Below, piece after piece: positions 56,600 through 64,000 of a stretch of DNA of 64,000 bases (positions are counted from its first letter, which is position 1; each line of letters starts with the position of its first letter). Position numbers and translations under genes: made by a program. A model generated the notes under the pieces. That model made no database searches. It was not told where the DNA came from and saw only the letters and a list, made by a program, of their open reading frames with translations. Origin of the DNA: a virus; IMG/VR virus record IMGVR_UViG_3300036985_003683, positions 1-64,000 of that record; one strand, 5' to 3'.

Positions 56600-58339
56600 C
56601 TAGCGTCGCGCGAATCTCGATGATCCTCCAACAAGGGGCGGATGGCGTAATTGATCAACGACTCGCGACAACACTAACTGATCGTGTCTTAACATGTATC
56701 TACGCTTAAACTCTGCGTAGGAGGCCACTCGATAGATGTCGTTGGTTAACTGACATTTCATAGTGTCCTCATTGGGGAAAATCTCAATCTGCATCAGTTG
56801 GCAATTGATTGCAGACCACTTGTTCAAATTGGCCATGTTACCCATCATCAACAGTGAGTAAGTGGTCAAATCGATAGTGTCCAGAGATATGGTAGCTTCG
56901 ATACGTTCGTCTCCCATACGTGCTAGCATAGCGTTGGCTATGGCTTGCATCATCCCAGTATCATCTCTGGGGGGCATGGGCATACTGTACTCTTCACCGC
57001 TGTTCTCTTGGTAAGTAGGATCAACCGAACAATCATAGGCTCCCCCATAATTATACGTACTAATCAGATTATACGTGCTGCTAATTGGATGTGAAGAGTG
57101 AATGAGCTTATCGTCGTACACCCCTTCTTCACGTATGAGTTGGTAGTTGTCGTAGGCGGTTCCACCCGGACCAGCTATTACTTGGAAGGGAGCTAGATAC
57201 AGGGTCCACACCTCGATTACGTGTCCAGTGAGATCTTGTGAGGTAGTAGCTACTCCAGTGTCCAGATTCCAATCAGCGAAGTCCGCGTGACAGGGTACGC
57301 CATCTACAACTAAGATGGGTCCTAGAAGTCCGTTAGTTAGAGTCCCTTCCCAGAAGGGAGTATACGATTGAGGGTCGTACACAATCCAACTCATGCCAGG
57401 ACTACCCTCGCCGTCGGCCCAGTGCGGAACCATGGTGGCGGGTGTCAATGAACCCTGAGACACTGGTATCAATTCAACGATCTTGCCTCTGCCCTCCACT
57501 ATGATCCTAGTCTTGGCGCTGGATATGTTCAATTTCATACTGCTATCTGTGCACAGCGCATCTTGACCAGAGGCAGTGGCAGTAGTAGTGATATGCTCGG
57601 CGGGTTTCCCAAAGTAGAAGTTCACTGCAGTGCTTGCTGTGAAATCGTGCACTACCAATGTGGGATTATTGGGGTCTGCGGGGTCGATGTATATGCCGTG
57701 GTGACCCATCTGTTCTACCAGATTCTGCATGTACGTCCAGAATCTCTGACCCACTACACGGGTCTCACTCAATTGGAGTGATAGTCCTAGAAGAGACGCA
57801 GCATCGTAAGACTTCAACACAGAAACGGGCATCCATGGATTCTGCACTGATGATGAAGAGGGATGGTGCAATGGTATAGCACTTCCAGCAGCCGGAATCC
57901 CAATAGCGTGTTCCAGGATGTCAACCATAATCTGCCCCACCGTCCACAGTGCCCCCAGAGAGCTAGGGGAGGTGTAATCGGGTAGATTGTCGATGTTGTA
58001 CTTGTGCTCTATGGAGCTATTCCACTTGATCAGATGGCGGTCAGCCATCGCTTCCAACCCCAACGCATCATACGTGATACCCTCGGTACGTACTCCTCTC
58101 GGAGTGTTCACCTCGAGAGCGCCTCGGAACACTAGAGTTGCAAAATTGTCCCGAGAAATCCATATCTCGTTGTTGTTGGTGAGGAGATCTAATCCGACGT
58201 CGTGCTTACCTGGAAAGAACAACTGGCACTTACGTGGAAAGGCATAACCCCAAGAGATGGACTTGATATCCACACCTTCCACTATAGTGCCAGCAGCACC
58301 CCCTACCTTAACTAGCCATTCTCCAGTTGTCAGTCCCAT
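56600..58339 (-). CDS. Tail tip/baseplate hub-like protein
   Basis: Second gene after tape measure; beta-rich; call is mainly from synteny. Confidence 0.6.
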   Translation of the reverse strand: MGLTTGEWLVKVGGAAGTIVEGVDIKSISWGYAFPRKCQLFFPGKHDVGLDLLTNNNEIWISRDNFATLVFRGALEVNTPRGVRTEGITYDALGLEAMADRHLIKWNSSIEHKYNIDNLPDYTSPSSLGALWTVGQIMVDILEHAIGIPAAGSAIPLHHPSSSSVQNPWMPVSVLKSYDAASLLGLSLQLSETRVVGQRFWTYMQNLVEQMGHHGIYIDPADPNNPTLVVHDFTASTAVNFYFGKPAEHITTTATASGQDALCTDSSMKLNISSAKTRIIVEGRGKIVELIPVSQGSLTPATMVPHWADGEGSPGMSWIVYDPQSYTPFWEGTLTNGLLGPILVVDGVPCHADFADWNLDTGVATTSQDLTGHVIEVWTLYLAPFQVIAGPGGTAYDNYQLIREEGVYDDKLIHSSHPISSTYNLISTYNYGGAYDCSVDPTYQENSGEEYSMPMPPRDDTGMMQAIANAMLARMGDERIEATISLDTIDLTTYSLLMMGNMANLNKWSAINCQLMQIEIFPNEDTMKCQLTNDIYRVASYAEFKRRYMLRHDQLVLSRVVDQLRHPPLVGGSSRFARR

Positions 58340-58352
58340 AGTAATTATACCA

Positions 58353-59222
58353 TCACACGGTAGGTTCTAACTCGTGTTCGAAAGAAAGAGATACGGGAGC
58401 TGTCCACAGATTGTCACCACTATCGGGTGAAAAGTCAGTGAGGTAGCAATTCTGGAATGTGTTACCCTGGCCCACTAAGTCACCCTTCTGACTTGACAAT
58501 TCGTGAAAGGAGTCGTGCAATAGCTTCTCCAAAGGAGGCCTACTGTAGGTGACGCCATCGGGTACAACCCTGTACCATGATGAAACGTTCAAACTCAACC
58601 TACGTGCTCCACGCCTACTCTTCACACGTACGCCCAACCCCCTAGGCACAGTCTCAACTATGGATGGACGACTCACAGACATGGAATCTATAAAAGCGTG
58701 AGTTCCCAATGCCTTAGTGGCGAAGGTGTAGGAACCCGCACTGGTCCTAGCGCCAGCCTCAGCTGGTTCGACTGGGTCGGGGGTCAACTTAGCAGCTAGC
58801 CCCGCGTCCTTGGGTAGAGACCTTATGAAGGTCAACTCATAGCAGATGTACGAAGAATTGGCAGCGTTCCGGATAGAGCACTTGCCCCCAGTGAAGAGTG
58901 TGTCAATCCAAACTTGATCTGCTATCTGGAGCTTGCCGATACCCGTCTTACCCAAGTCCCTCAAAAACTCATAGCAGAACCACTCTGCAGCGCCCGAGGT
59001 AGTTCTCTCAAAATATGACGTCACGGAGAGTTGGAACAGGCCCCCACCAAGAGCATGATAATTCACACCCATAGGGAGAGGGACGGTAGCTGCTTGCACT
59101 GCGGGGTAACTAGAGAGAATGGCTACGTCAAAACCCGACTGGAGATTGAGAAGGGGACTGCGTGGGAGGAATACTGTTATCGCGTTAGTCTCGTCTACGA
59201 ATTGTCCAGCTGTGGGGATCAT
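58353..59222 (-). CDS. Distal tail (Dit-like) protein
   Basis: First gene after tape measure; synteny only. Confidence 0.5.
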   Translation of the reverse strand: MIPTAGQFVDETNAITVFLPRSPLLNLQSGFDVAILSSYPAVQAATVPLPMGVNYHALGGGLFQLSVTSYFERTTSGAAEWFCYEFLRDLGKTGIGKLQIADQVWIDTLFTGGKCSIRNAANSSYICYELTFIRSLPKDAGLAAKLTPDPVEPAEAGARTSAGSYTFATKALGTHAFIDSMSVSRPSIVETVPRGLGVRVKSRRGARRLSLNVSSWYRVVPDGVTYSRPPLEKLLHDSFHELSSQKGDLVGQGNTFQNCYLTDFSPDSGDNLWTAPVSLSFEHELEPTV

Positions 59223-59223
59223 C

Positions 59224-61869
59224 TTAACCTGTCATCATAGCTTGGAGCTGTTCAATAGAAGTCTGCTGTGCTGCTAACCTCGCCGTGTGATTAGCTAGAG
59301 CAGCAGCTGCGGATTGTAGTGCGGCAATGCTGCGGTTGTGTAGCGCTTCACTCTGCGTGGAGGAAGCTATCACCTGAGTGCTAATCTGCTCCTGGAGTGC
59401 AATCTCGGCCTCTTTGTTCGCACGTGCGGTTTCGTCTGCTGCCACTTGTCCCGCGTGTAGTTGTGCCAGAATCTCAACACTACGAGCCTGACCTACACCC
59501 AGCTGCTGCTGAGCTAGTAACTGATTTTCCGCAGATTGTGGATCTGGTACGTTAGTTGGCAGGTCCTGGATGGTATTGAGAGCTTCCGCAGCGCGAGCTT
59601 GCACTTCTGCCTGGTTGGCCTGGAAATCTGCAGAGCGTGTATCCAGAAAATCCAGAAACTGATTCACACCCAGAGCAGGATCGTCAACACCACTCTCAAT
59701 GTGAGTCTGCATTGCAGCGAGAGCGTCTATCATAGGCTGGGTACGATTTACCGAGCTACCATCTATGGCCTTCATGAGCTCTTCGTTTGACTTAGCGTTG
59801 TCGCCTGAAGCAGCATTCATCAAATTGGTGATGTGATCCATGCGGGCTACGGCAGAGTCGTGTGTACCATCCTTCATAGTGGCTAGGAAGTCTTCGGCAG
59901 TGGCGAGTGCGTCGTCCATACCTTCAAACATGGAACCACCCAGCGCATTGGGTAACTTCTCACCGAGCTTTGTAAGCGTCCTGACCAATTTGACCAACAA
60001 CTCACCTATGGCAGTTATCACCTTGGTAACACCCTCACCCATAAGGGCAATGCTGTTGAAGAAGGCAGATATGTGATTACCCAGTGCAGAAAATGCGAAT
60101 CCCACGGAACGCACTAACGCTACGAGTATCTCCCAGTTGTCGATTATCGGAGACAGTGCTGACAGTATGCCCTGGGCCATTGACACTGCGAGTGCTACTA
60201 CGAACTTGAACGCTCCCTGAAAAGACCTAATCCAACCAGCTAGTAATCCAGCAACGTCCACGGCCTCCAGAGCTGATAGGAACTTAGGTATGACGTCTAT
60301 TATGATGTGTAGAAACCACTCACCGATCATCTGGACAGCTTTGGATATGATGGCTAGCGAGTCCCCTCCCTGAGCCCCCAATTTACCTAGGGCAGTAGCC
60401 CACGCCGTGACAGCTTCAAGGATGATGGCTATCGTAGAGTTCCAAACTTCCCCCACAGTATTGAAGAAGGAGAGAGCCTGACCACTCTCAACAACTTTCC
60501 AAATACCATCTACCCATCCGGGGATGGCCTCTATGATGTACATAATGCCCTGACGAATATCTGCCAGGATCTGTTGGTAGAAGGCGGATCCTCTCATCTG
60601 TTCTACGAGTCGCTGTAAGTAGTTCAACAACACTTCGAACACTCCGGACGTAGCAAGTCCGTCAAGGGCCATACCAGTCTCTTCCAGGATTATGATGATG
60701 TCATCAAAGACGGGTCGGAATGCCCCCTGGAGCAACTCGAATACTACAATTCCCAGATTCTTGAAACGTGTTTCCCACAACTCGAGCTGATACGAAATGG
60801 TTGCCAAGGTAGCTTCGACTGCCGCGTTGAAGTCGTCCATGGATTTAGCACCATTTCGCATATTGTCGAAAATGGTGTTGAACGCTTCCTCGGATATGTT
60901 AGTCAGAGCACCAATACCGCGAACCGCTGCCTGGTTGCTGAACATTTCACCGATAACGTCGTCGCCGAACTGCGCTCTGATCGCTCTCAGATCCTCGAGA
61001 GTCTTACGCAAGTCGATAGTGCCGTCTGCCGCCTTCGTGACTTGGAACCCGTACTTAGCCCAAGCACCAATCATCATCTTAGTAGGTTTGACGAGCTGAT
61101 TCAAGGACGAAGTGATGGAGAACATCACGTGACCCTGTGCACCCATAACCTGCGTGACCCCTGCTGTGGCAGCAGATGCGTCTTCCATTGTGATACCCAA
61201 AGCGGAAGCAATTGGAAGAACTCCACCCATCAATCGGGCGAGTTCCTTCATATTACCGCGACCTTGAATCTGTGTTTGGAAGAGCATGGCGGAAACGCGC
61301 TCTGCGTCCGCTGCGGCTAGGCCGTAGGAATTGAGTGTGGAGATCATGACGTTCATAACGTCATCCATCTCAATCCACCCTGTCTGGGCAAGTTTGCCCG
61401 CGGACATCATGATGGTCCCAGCGTCTTCCACATCACGGAAACCGCCCGAGATCACTTCGTACAGTCCCTCCATAACGCCCTCGATATCCTTACCGAGAGC
61501 GTTGGAGACTTGTAAACCAATGTCCTTAACCTCATTGAGGGAGGAACCCGCTTCGTTGGCAATGTTGCCAAAGATACGTCCAGCATCTTTCTCAAACTGG
61601 AGCCAATCGTCCCTCATGACGGCAAAGGCATTGGAGAGATTAGTCAAGACGAATTCGGCGATTGACTCCAAACCCGACATGATACTCATGAACACTGTCG
61701 TAGCAACGTCGAATGTGGCCCCCAATATGGAAGAAACAGCGCTACCTACTCGACCCACTATCTCCAGACCAGCATTCAAAGCCTCTACGGCTGAGAGCGC
61801 TGTAGTAGCTGTTGCATTGATGATCAAAAGCAGTTCTGCCACTGTTTCCCCTACATCAAGAATTCCCAC
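59224..61869 (-). CDS. Tail tape measure protein (TP901-like core)
   Basis: 881 aa, Ala/Gly-rich helical; EGLYEVISGG, LNSYG, ELARLMGGVLPIASALG. Confidence 0.9.
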   Translation of the reverse strand: MGILDVGETVAELLLIINATATTALSAVEALNAGLEIVGRVGSAVSSILGATFDVATTVFMSIMSGLESIAEFVLTNLSNAFAVMRDDWLQFEKDAGRIFGNIANEAGSSLNEVKDIGLQVSNALGKDIEGVMEGLYEVISGGFRDVEDAGTIMMSAGKLAQTGWIEMDDVMNVMISTLNSYGLAAADAERVSAMLFQTQIQGRGNMKELARLMGGVLPIASALGITMEDASAATAGVTQVMGAQGHVMFSITSSLNQLVKPTKMMIGAWAKYGFQVTKAADGTIDLRKTLEDLRAIRAQFGDDVIGEMFSNQAAVRGIGALTNISEEAFNTIFDNMRNGAKSMDDFNAAVEATLATISYQLELWETRFKNLGIVVFELLQGAFRPVFDDIIIILEETGMALDGLATSGVFEVLLNYLQRLVEQMRGSAFYQQILADIRQGIMYIIEAIPGWVDGIWKVVESGQALSFFNTVGEVWNSTIAIILEAVTAWATALGKLGAQGGDSLAIISKAVQMIGEWFLHIIIDVIPKFLSALEAVDVAGLLAGWIRSFQGAFKFVVALAVSMAQGILSALSPIIDNWEILVALVRSVGFAFSALGNHISAFFNSIALMGEGVTKVITAIGELLVKLVRTLTKLGEKLPNALGGSMFEGMDDALATAEDFLATMKDGTHDSAVARMDHITNLMNAASGDNAKSNEELMKAIDGSSVNRTQPMIDALAAMQTHIESGVDDPALGVNQFLDFLDTRSADFQANQAEVQARAAEALNTIQDLPTNVPDPQSAENQLLAQQQLGVGQARSVEILAQLHAGQVAADETARANKEAEIALQEQISTQVIASSTQSEALHNRSIAALQSAAAALANHTARLAAQQTSIEQLQAMMTG

Positions 61870-62117
61870 TCGGAATTGAGTACAGCAACTTCGGCTGACA
61901 GCGCCTCGGCCTGTTTCTTGGCACCGCTCATTGCTTGTAGACGACGTAGATAGTGTTGGCTCCTAGCCTCTTCAATCGCCATCATCACTTCCACTTCTAC
62001 AGCATCCATACTGTGCAGTGTTCCCAGAGATATACCAGTATGGCGCGTGATACGGTACAACAGCATCAACTCGAGTGCCATACGATCATCGTCTGACACG
62101 GGTTCGTCAGTTTTCAC
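61851..62117 (-). CDS. Tail assembly chaperone, post-frameshift (T-like) part
   Basis: Frame is open upstream to the slippery site; lies before tape measure. Confidence 0.75.
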   Translation of the reverse strand: MKTDEPVSDDDRMALELMLLYRITRHTGISLGTLHSMDAVEVEVMMAIEEARSQHYLRRLQAMSGAKKQAEALSAEVAVLNSEWEFLM

Positions 62118-62149
62118 CTCCCCACCGTAGATTCGTGAGAAGGCCTCTG

Positions 62150-62647
62150 TCAGTTTTTTGGCTTACCCAGCGAGGCTGAATCAGTGAAGGAGTTCTCAGC
62201 GTCAATGGCGGCTACCAAGTCCGCTTCGAGAATTCCGAACTGGTTTTCGTCCAGGTCAGCGTTGACTGCCAGCAGTTCAGTCATCTTCTCCCACGAGTAC
62301 TTGATGGGATTGCCCTTATCGTCAAGGACGTTTTCCCAACCCACAATGGACTCGCGCAAACGCATGTCCTTTACCGTACCGATGGAGTACTGCAGTGATA
62401 CGTCCTCGGCAGTCACCTTGTTGGATTTCGGTGCAGTCTTGTTACGTTGAAACTGTGTCCCCTTCACAGTGATCATGGAATTTTCGATCTGACGCTTGGT
62501 TCCGTGTTCGAGTCTCGTCATCTTGATGACGATCTTCTCTTCGTCCGGAATGAGCTCGACACCAGAGTCAGGATCGGGATTACGCAGGGGCCACTTGACT
62601 TCAAAATTCCGTGACCTGAACAGATTAACACGCATAGCAGTCTCCAC
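62150..62647 (-). CDS. Tail assembly chaperone (G-like)
   Basis: Between tube and tape measure; IVGWENVLDDKGNPIKYS. Confidence 0.8.
   Translation of the reverse strand: METAMRVNLFRSRNFEVKWPLRNPDPDSGVELIPDEEKIVIKMTRLEHGTKRQIENSMITVKGTQFQRNKTAPKSNKVTAEDVSLQYSIGTVKDMRLRESIVGWENVLDDKGNPIKYSWEKMTELLAVNADLDENQFGILEADLVAAIDAENSFTDSASLGKPKN
62153..62159 (-). other. Programmed -1 frameshift heptamer A AAA AAC
   Basis: CCA AAA AAC TGA; the -1 frame reads KLTEAFSRIYGGEVKTDEP into 61851..62117. Confidence 0.85.
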
Positions 62648-62659
62648 ACGACAGTCAGG

Positions 62660-62725
62660 AAAAAAGAGTGGGGCCGCACATCAAACTGGGACTGCCACCA
62701 GCCGACGCCGCCCACGGCCCCACTC
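62660..62725 (-). terminator. Long hairpin terminator after tail tube gene
   Basis: GAGTGGGGCCG...CGGCCCCACTC 11-bp stem followed by T6. Confidence 0.75.
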
Positions 62726-62729
62726 AATA

Positions 62730-63626
62730 CTACGTAGTCGCAGCAACGATTGCGTCAGTGGCTGCTGGTTTTCGTGCAACGGCAGTGCACACCAGCGTCT
62801 GGATATCCCCCACTGATCCTGTCCTTACCACGGACTTCAGAACCAACTTACTCATCGTCAACGTCAGAGTGTCCACAGGTGATCCTGTGCCCGGATAGTT
62901 GAAGACGACTACGAAGGCCAAATCGCGGTCGCGACTTCGAACAAGACTTCGATAATGTGCTGCCATGGTTGCGTCAGTTCTCACAGTGAACGTGACTTCA
63001 ATCTGGCGGCGACCAGCGTCGATCCACTTGATATTGCGATTGGTATCCTTTGGCTCACTCGGAGAGAGGTTGTTGGATATCGCAATAGAGAACTCTGTGA
63101 TGTTCGATTCAGAGACAGTGTTCACTGTGAAGGTAGCATCACTGAACTCGAACGCTGCCTGTGCAGGGAGGGATGGCTTGACGAAAGACGCTACCGTCGT
63201 CTCAGTACAGCCGATCATGTCAAAGCTGAATTTGACCTTAGGATCGGATCCTGAAGCAGCGATGGTAACACTGTCAGCCTTGAGCCCTGTATGCTGCAGG
63301 TATTCGTTCTTGGCCTTGTCGAAACACTGCACTGTGTAAGACTTAAGGTCGTAGGACGCTGTACGTGGAAGTCCTGCGATGTCGAGCAATCGCGCAATGT
63401 TATCTGGCCACACCTGTGAAACGTACGCACCCGCGAGGAGTTGTGCAACTACGTCAACGTATACAGTGTCGATCTCGCCTGTGAACTTTTCCTGTTCGAG
63501 GGGCTCGTTCTCCAATTCCACTGAATACTCATCGGGGGCGATGCCCACAAATGCAGCAGCGGCAGTGCCCCAAGCAACTGCCTCTTCTCCCATACGGTAA
63601 TACTCAAGCTGCCTAACTGTACCCAT
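62730..63626 (-). CDS. Major tail tube protein
   Basis: Position upstream of chaperones; EEAVAWGT, SYTV, FSIAISNNL, GRRQIEVTF. Confidence 0.8.
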   Translation of the reverse strand: MGTVRQLEYYRMGEEAVAWGTAAAAFVGIAPDEYSVELENEPLEQEKFTGEIDTVYVDVVAQLLAGAYVSQVWPDNIARLLDIAGLPRTASYDLKSYTVQCFDKAKNEYLQHTGLKADSVTIAASGSDPKVKFSFDMIGCTETTVASFVKPSLPAQAAFEFSDATFTVNTVSESNITEFSIAISNNLSPSEPKDTNRNIKWIDAGRRQIEVTFTVRTDATMAAHYRSLVRSRDRDLAFVVVFNYPGTGSPVDTLTLTMSKLVLKSVVRTGSVGDIQTLVCTAVARKPAATDAIVAATT

Positions 63627-63903
63627 TCGTCACCTCTCCTACAAAATGAGCTCTCAATGAGAACTCAGACTGATGAAACTCACAGTATAATCCTTCGGAC
63701 ACCCTAAGACGTTCGCACAATTTTCCACCCATGTGGATGAACCTACATACGTCTGTCACACTACGCCACTCTTCAGGTGGTAACAATATCACCTGTTCGG
63801 GAGCAACAGACACTACTTGCAGGTAGAATACTTCCCCTACTGGAGTGCGCGCCCTGTGGTGTCCCCTACCGTAAGGTCCCACATACTGGTACTGAAGTTC
63901 CAC
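63613..63903 (-). CDS. Hypothetical protein
   Basis: C-terminal C...C...C..H; overlaps the tube start. Confidence 0.55.
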   Translation of the reverse strand: MELQYQYVGPYGRGHHRARTPVGEVFYLQVVSVAPEQVILLPPEEWRSVTDVCRFIHMGGKLCERLRVSEGLYCEFHQSEFSLRAHFVGEVTNGYS

Positions 63904-63904
63904 G

Positions 63905-64000
63905 TTATCCCTTCAGAAAGTCATGCCGAACTTCAAAGATCAAAGTATCGGTGAAACTGCTGAACAGAGATTCGTCTCTCTGTTCCTCAACTTCGAAAGA
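63905..64000 (-). CDS. 3' end of an upstream gene (possibly tail completion protein)
   Basis: Open frame SFEVEEQRDESLFSSFTDTLIFEVRHDFLKG*. Confidence 0.5.
   Translation of the reverse strand, partial: SFEVEEQRDESLFSSFTDTLIFEVRHDFLKG

Noticed and set aside
53-63600. Many plus-strand ORFs of 60-190 aa
   Set aside because: Antisense shadows of well-supported minus-strand genes, with no recognisable motifs
1-64000. CRISPR array, tRNA, rRNA, integrase, transposase or reverse transcriptase
   Set aside because: No regularly spaced repeats, cloverleaf or matching motifs seen by eye; a tRNA or covariance scan was not run
1-64000. Stop-codon recoding
   Set aside because: Conserved genes are full length in the standard code and TAA, TAG and TGA all end genes

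Overview
A 64-kb segment of a large tailed dsDNA bacteriophage, probably a siphovirus (tail tube and tape measure present, no sheath seen), with essentially every gene on the minus strand. In transcription order (right to left) it holds: (1) tail tube, tail chaperones joined by a -1 frameshift, tape measure and two tail-tip proteins; (2) an ~11-kb glycosylation island directly after the tail tip, with multidomain glycosyltransferases and methyltransferases plus RmlC-, RmlD- and epimerase-like enzymes; (3) an SF2 helicase, a NusG paralog, a primase-helicase and a sigma-like factor; (4) a 7-deazaguanine DNA-modification cluster (QueD, methyltransferase, FolE, DUF1599-like, TGT/DpdA-like, a class-III aminotransferase lacking its lysine, QueE; no QueC in the window) around a family-A DNA polymerase with an apparently inactive UDG domain; (5) class II RNR, recombination and repair genes and CsrA; (6) a second glycosyltransferase cluster; (7) resolvase, dCTP deaminase, Mor-like activator, terminase, portal and small nucleases/phosphatases. 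Non-coding signals include a recurrent GTATAAT box at gene junctions, an identical 23-bp element before dcd and queD, and a 47-bp dispersed inverted repeat. All product calls come from reading motifs by eye; no database search was run.
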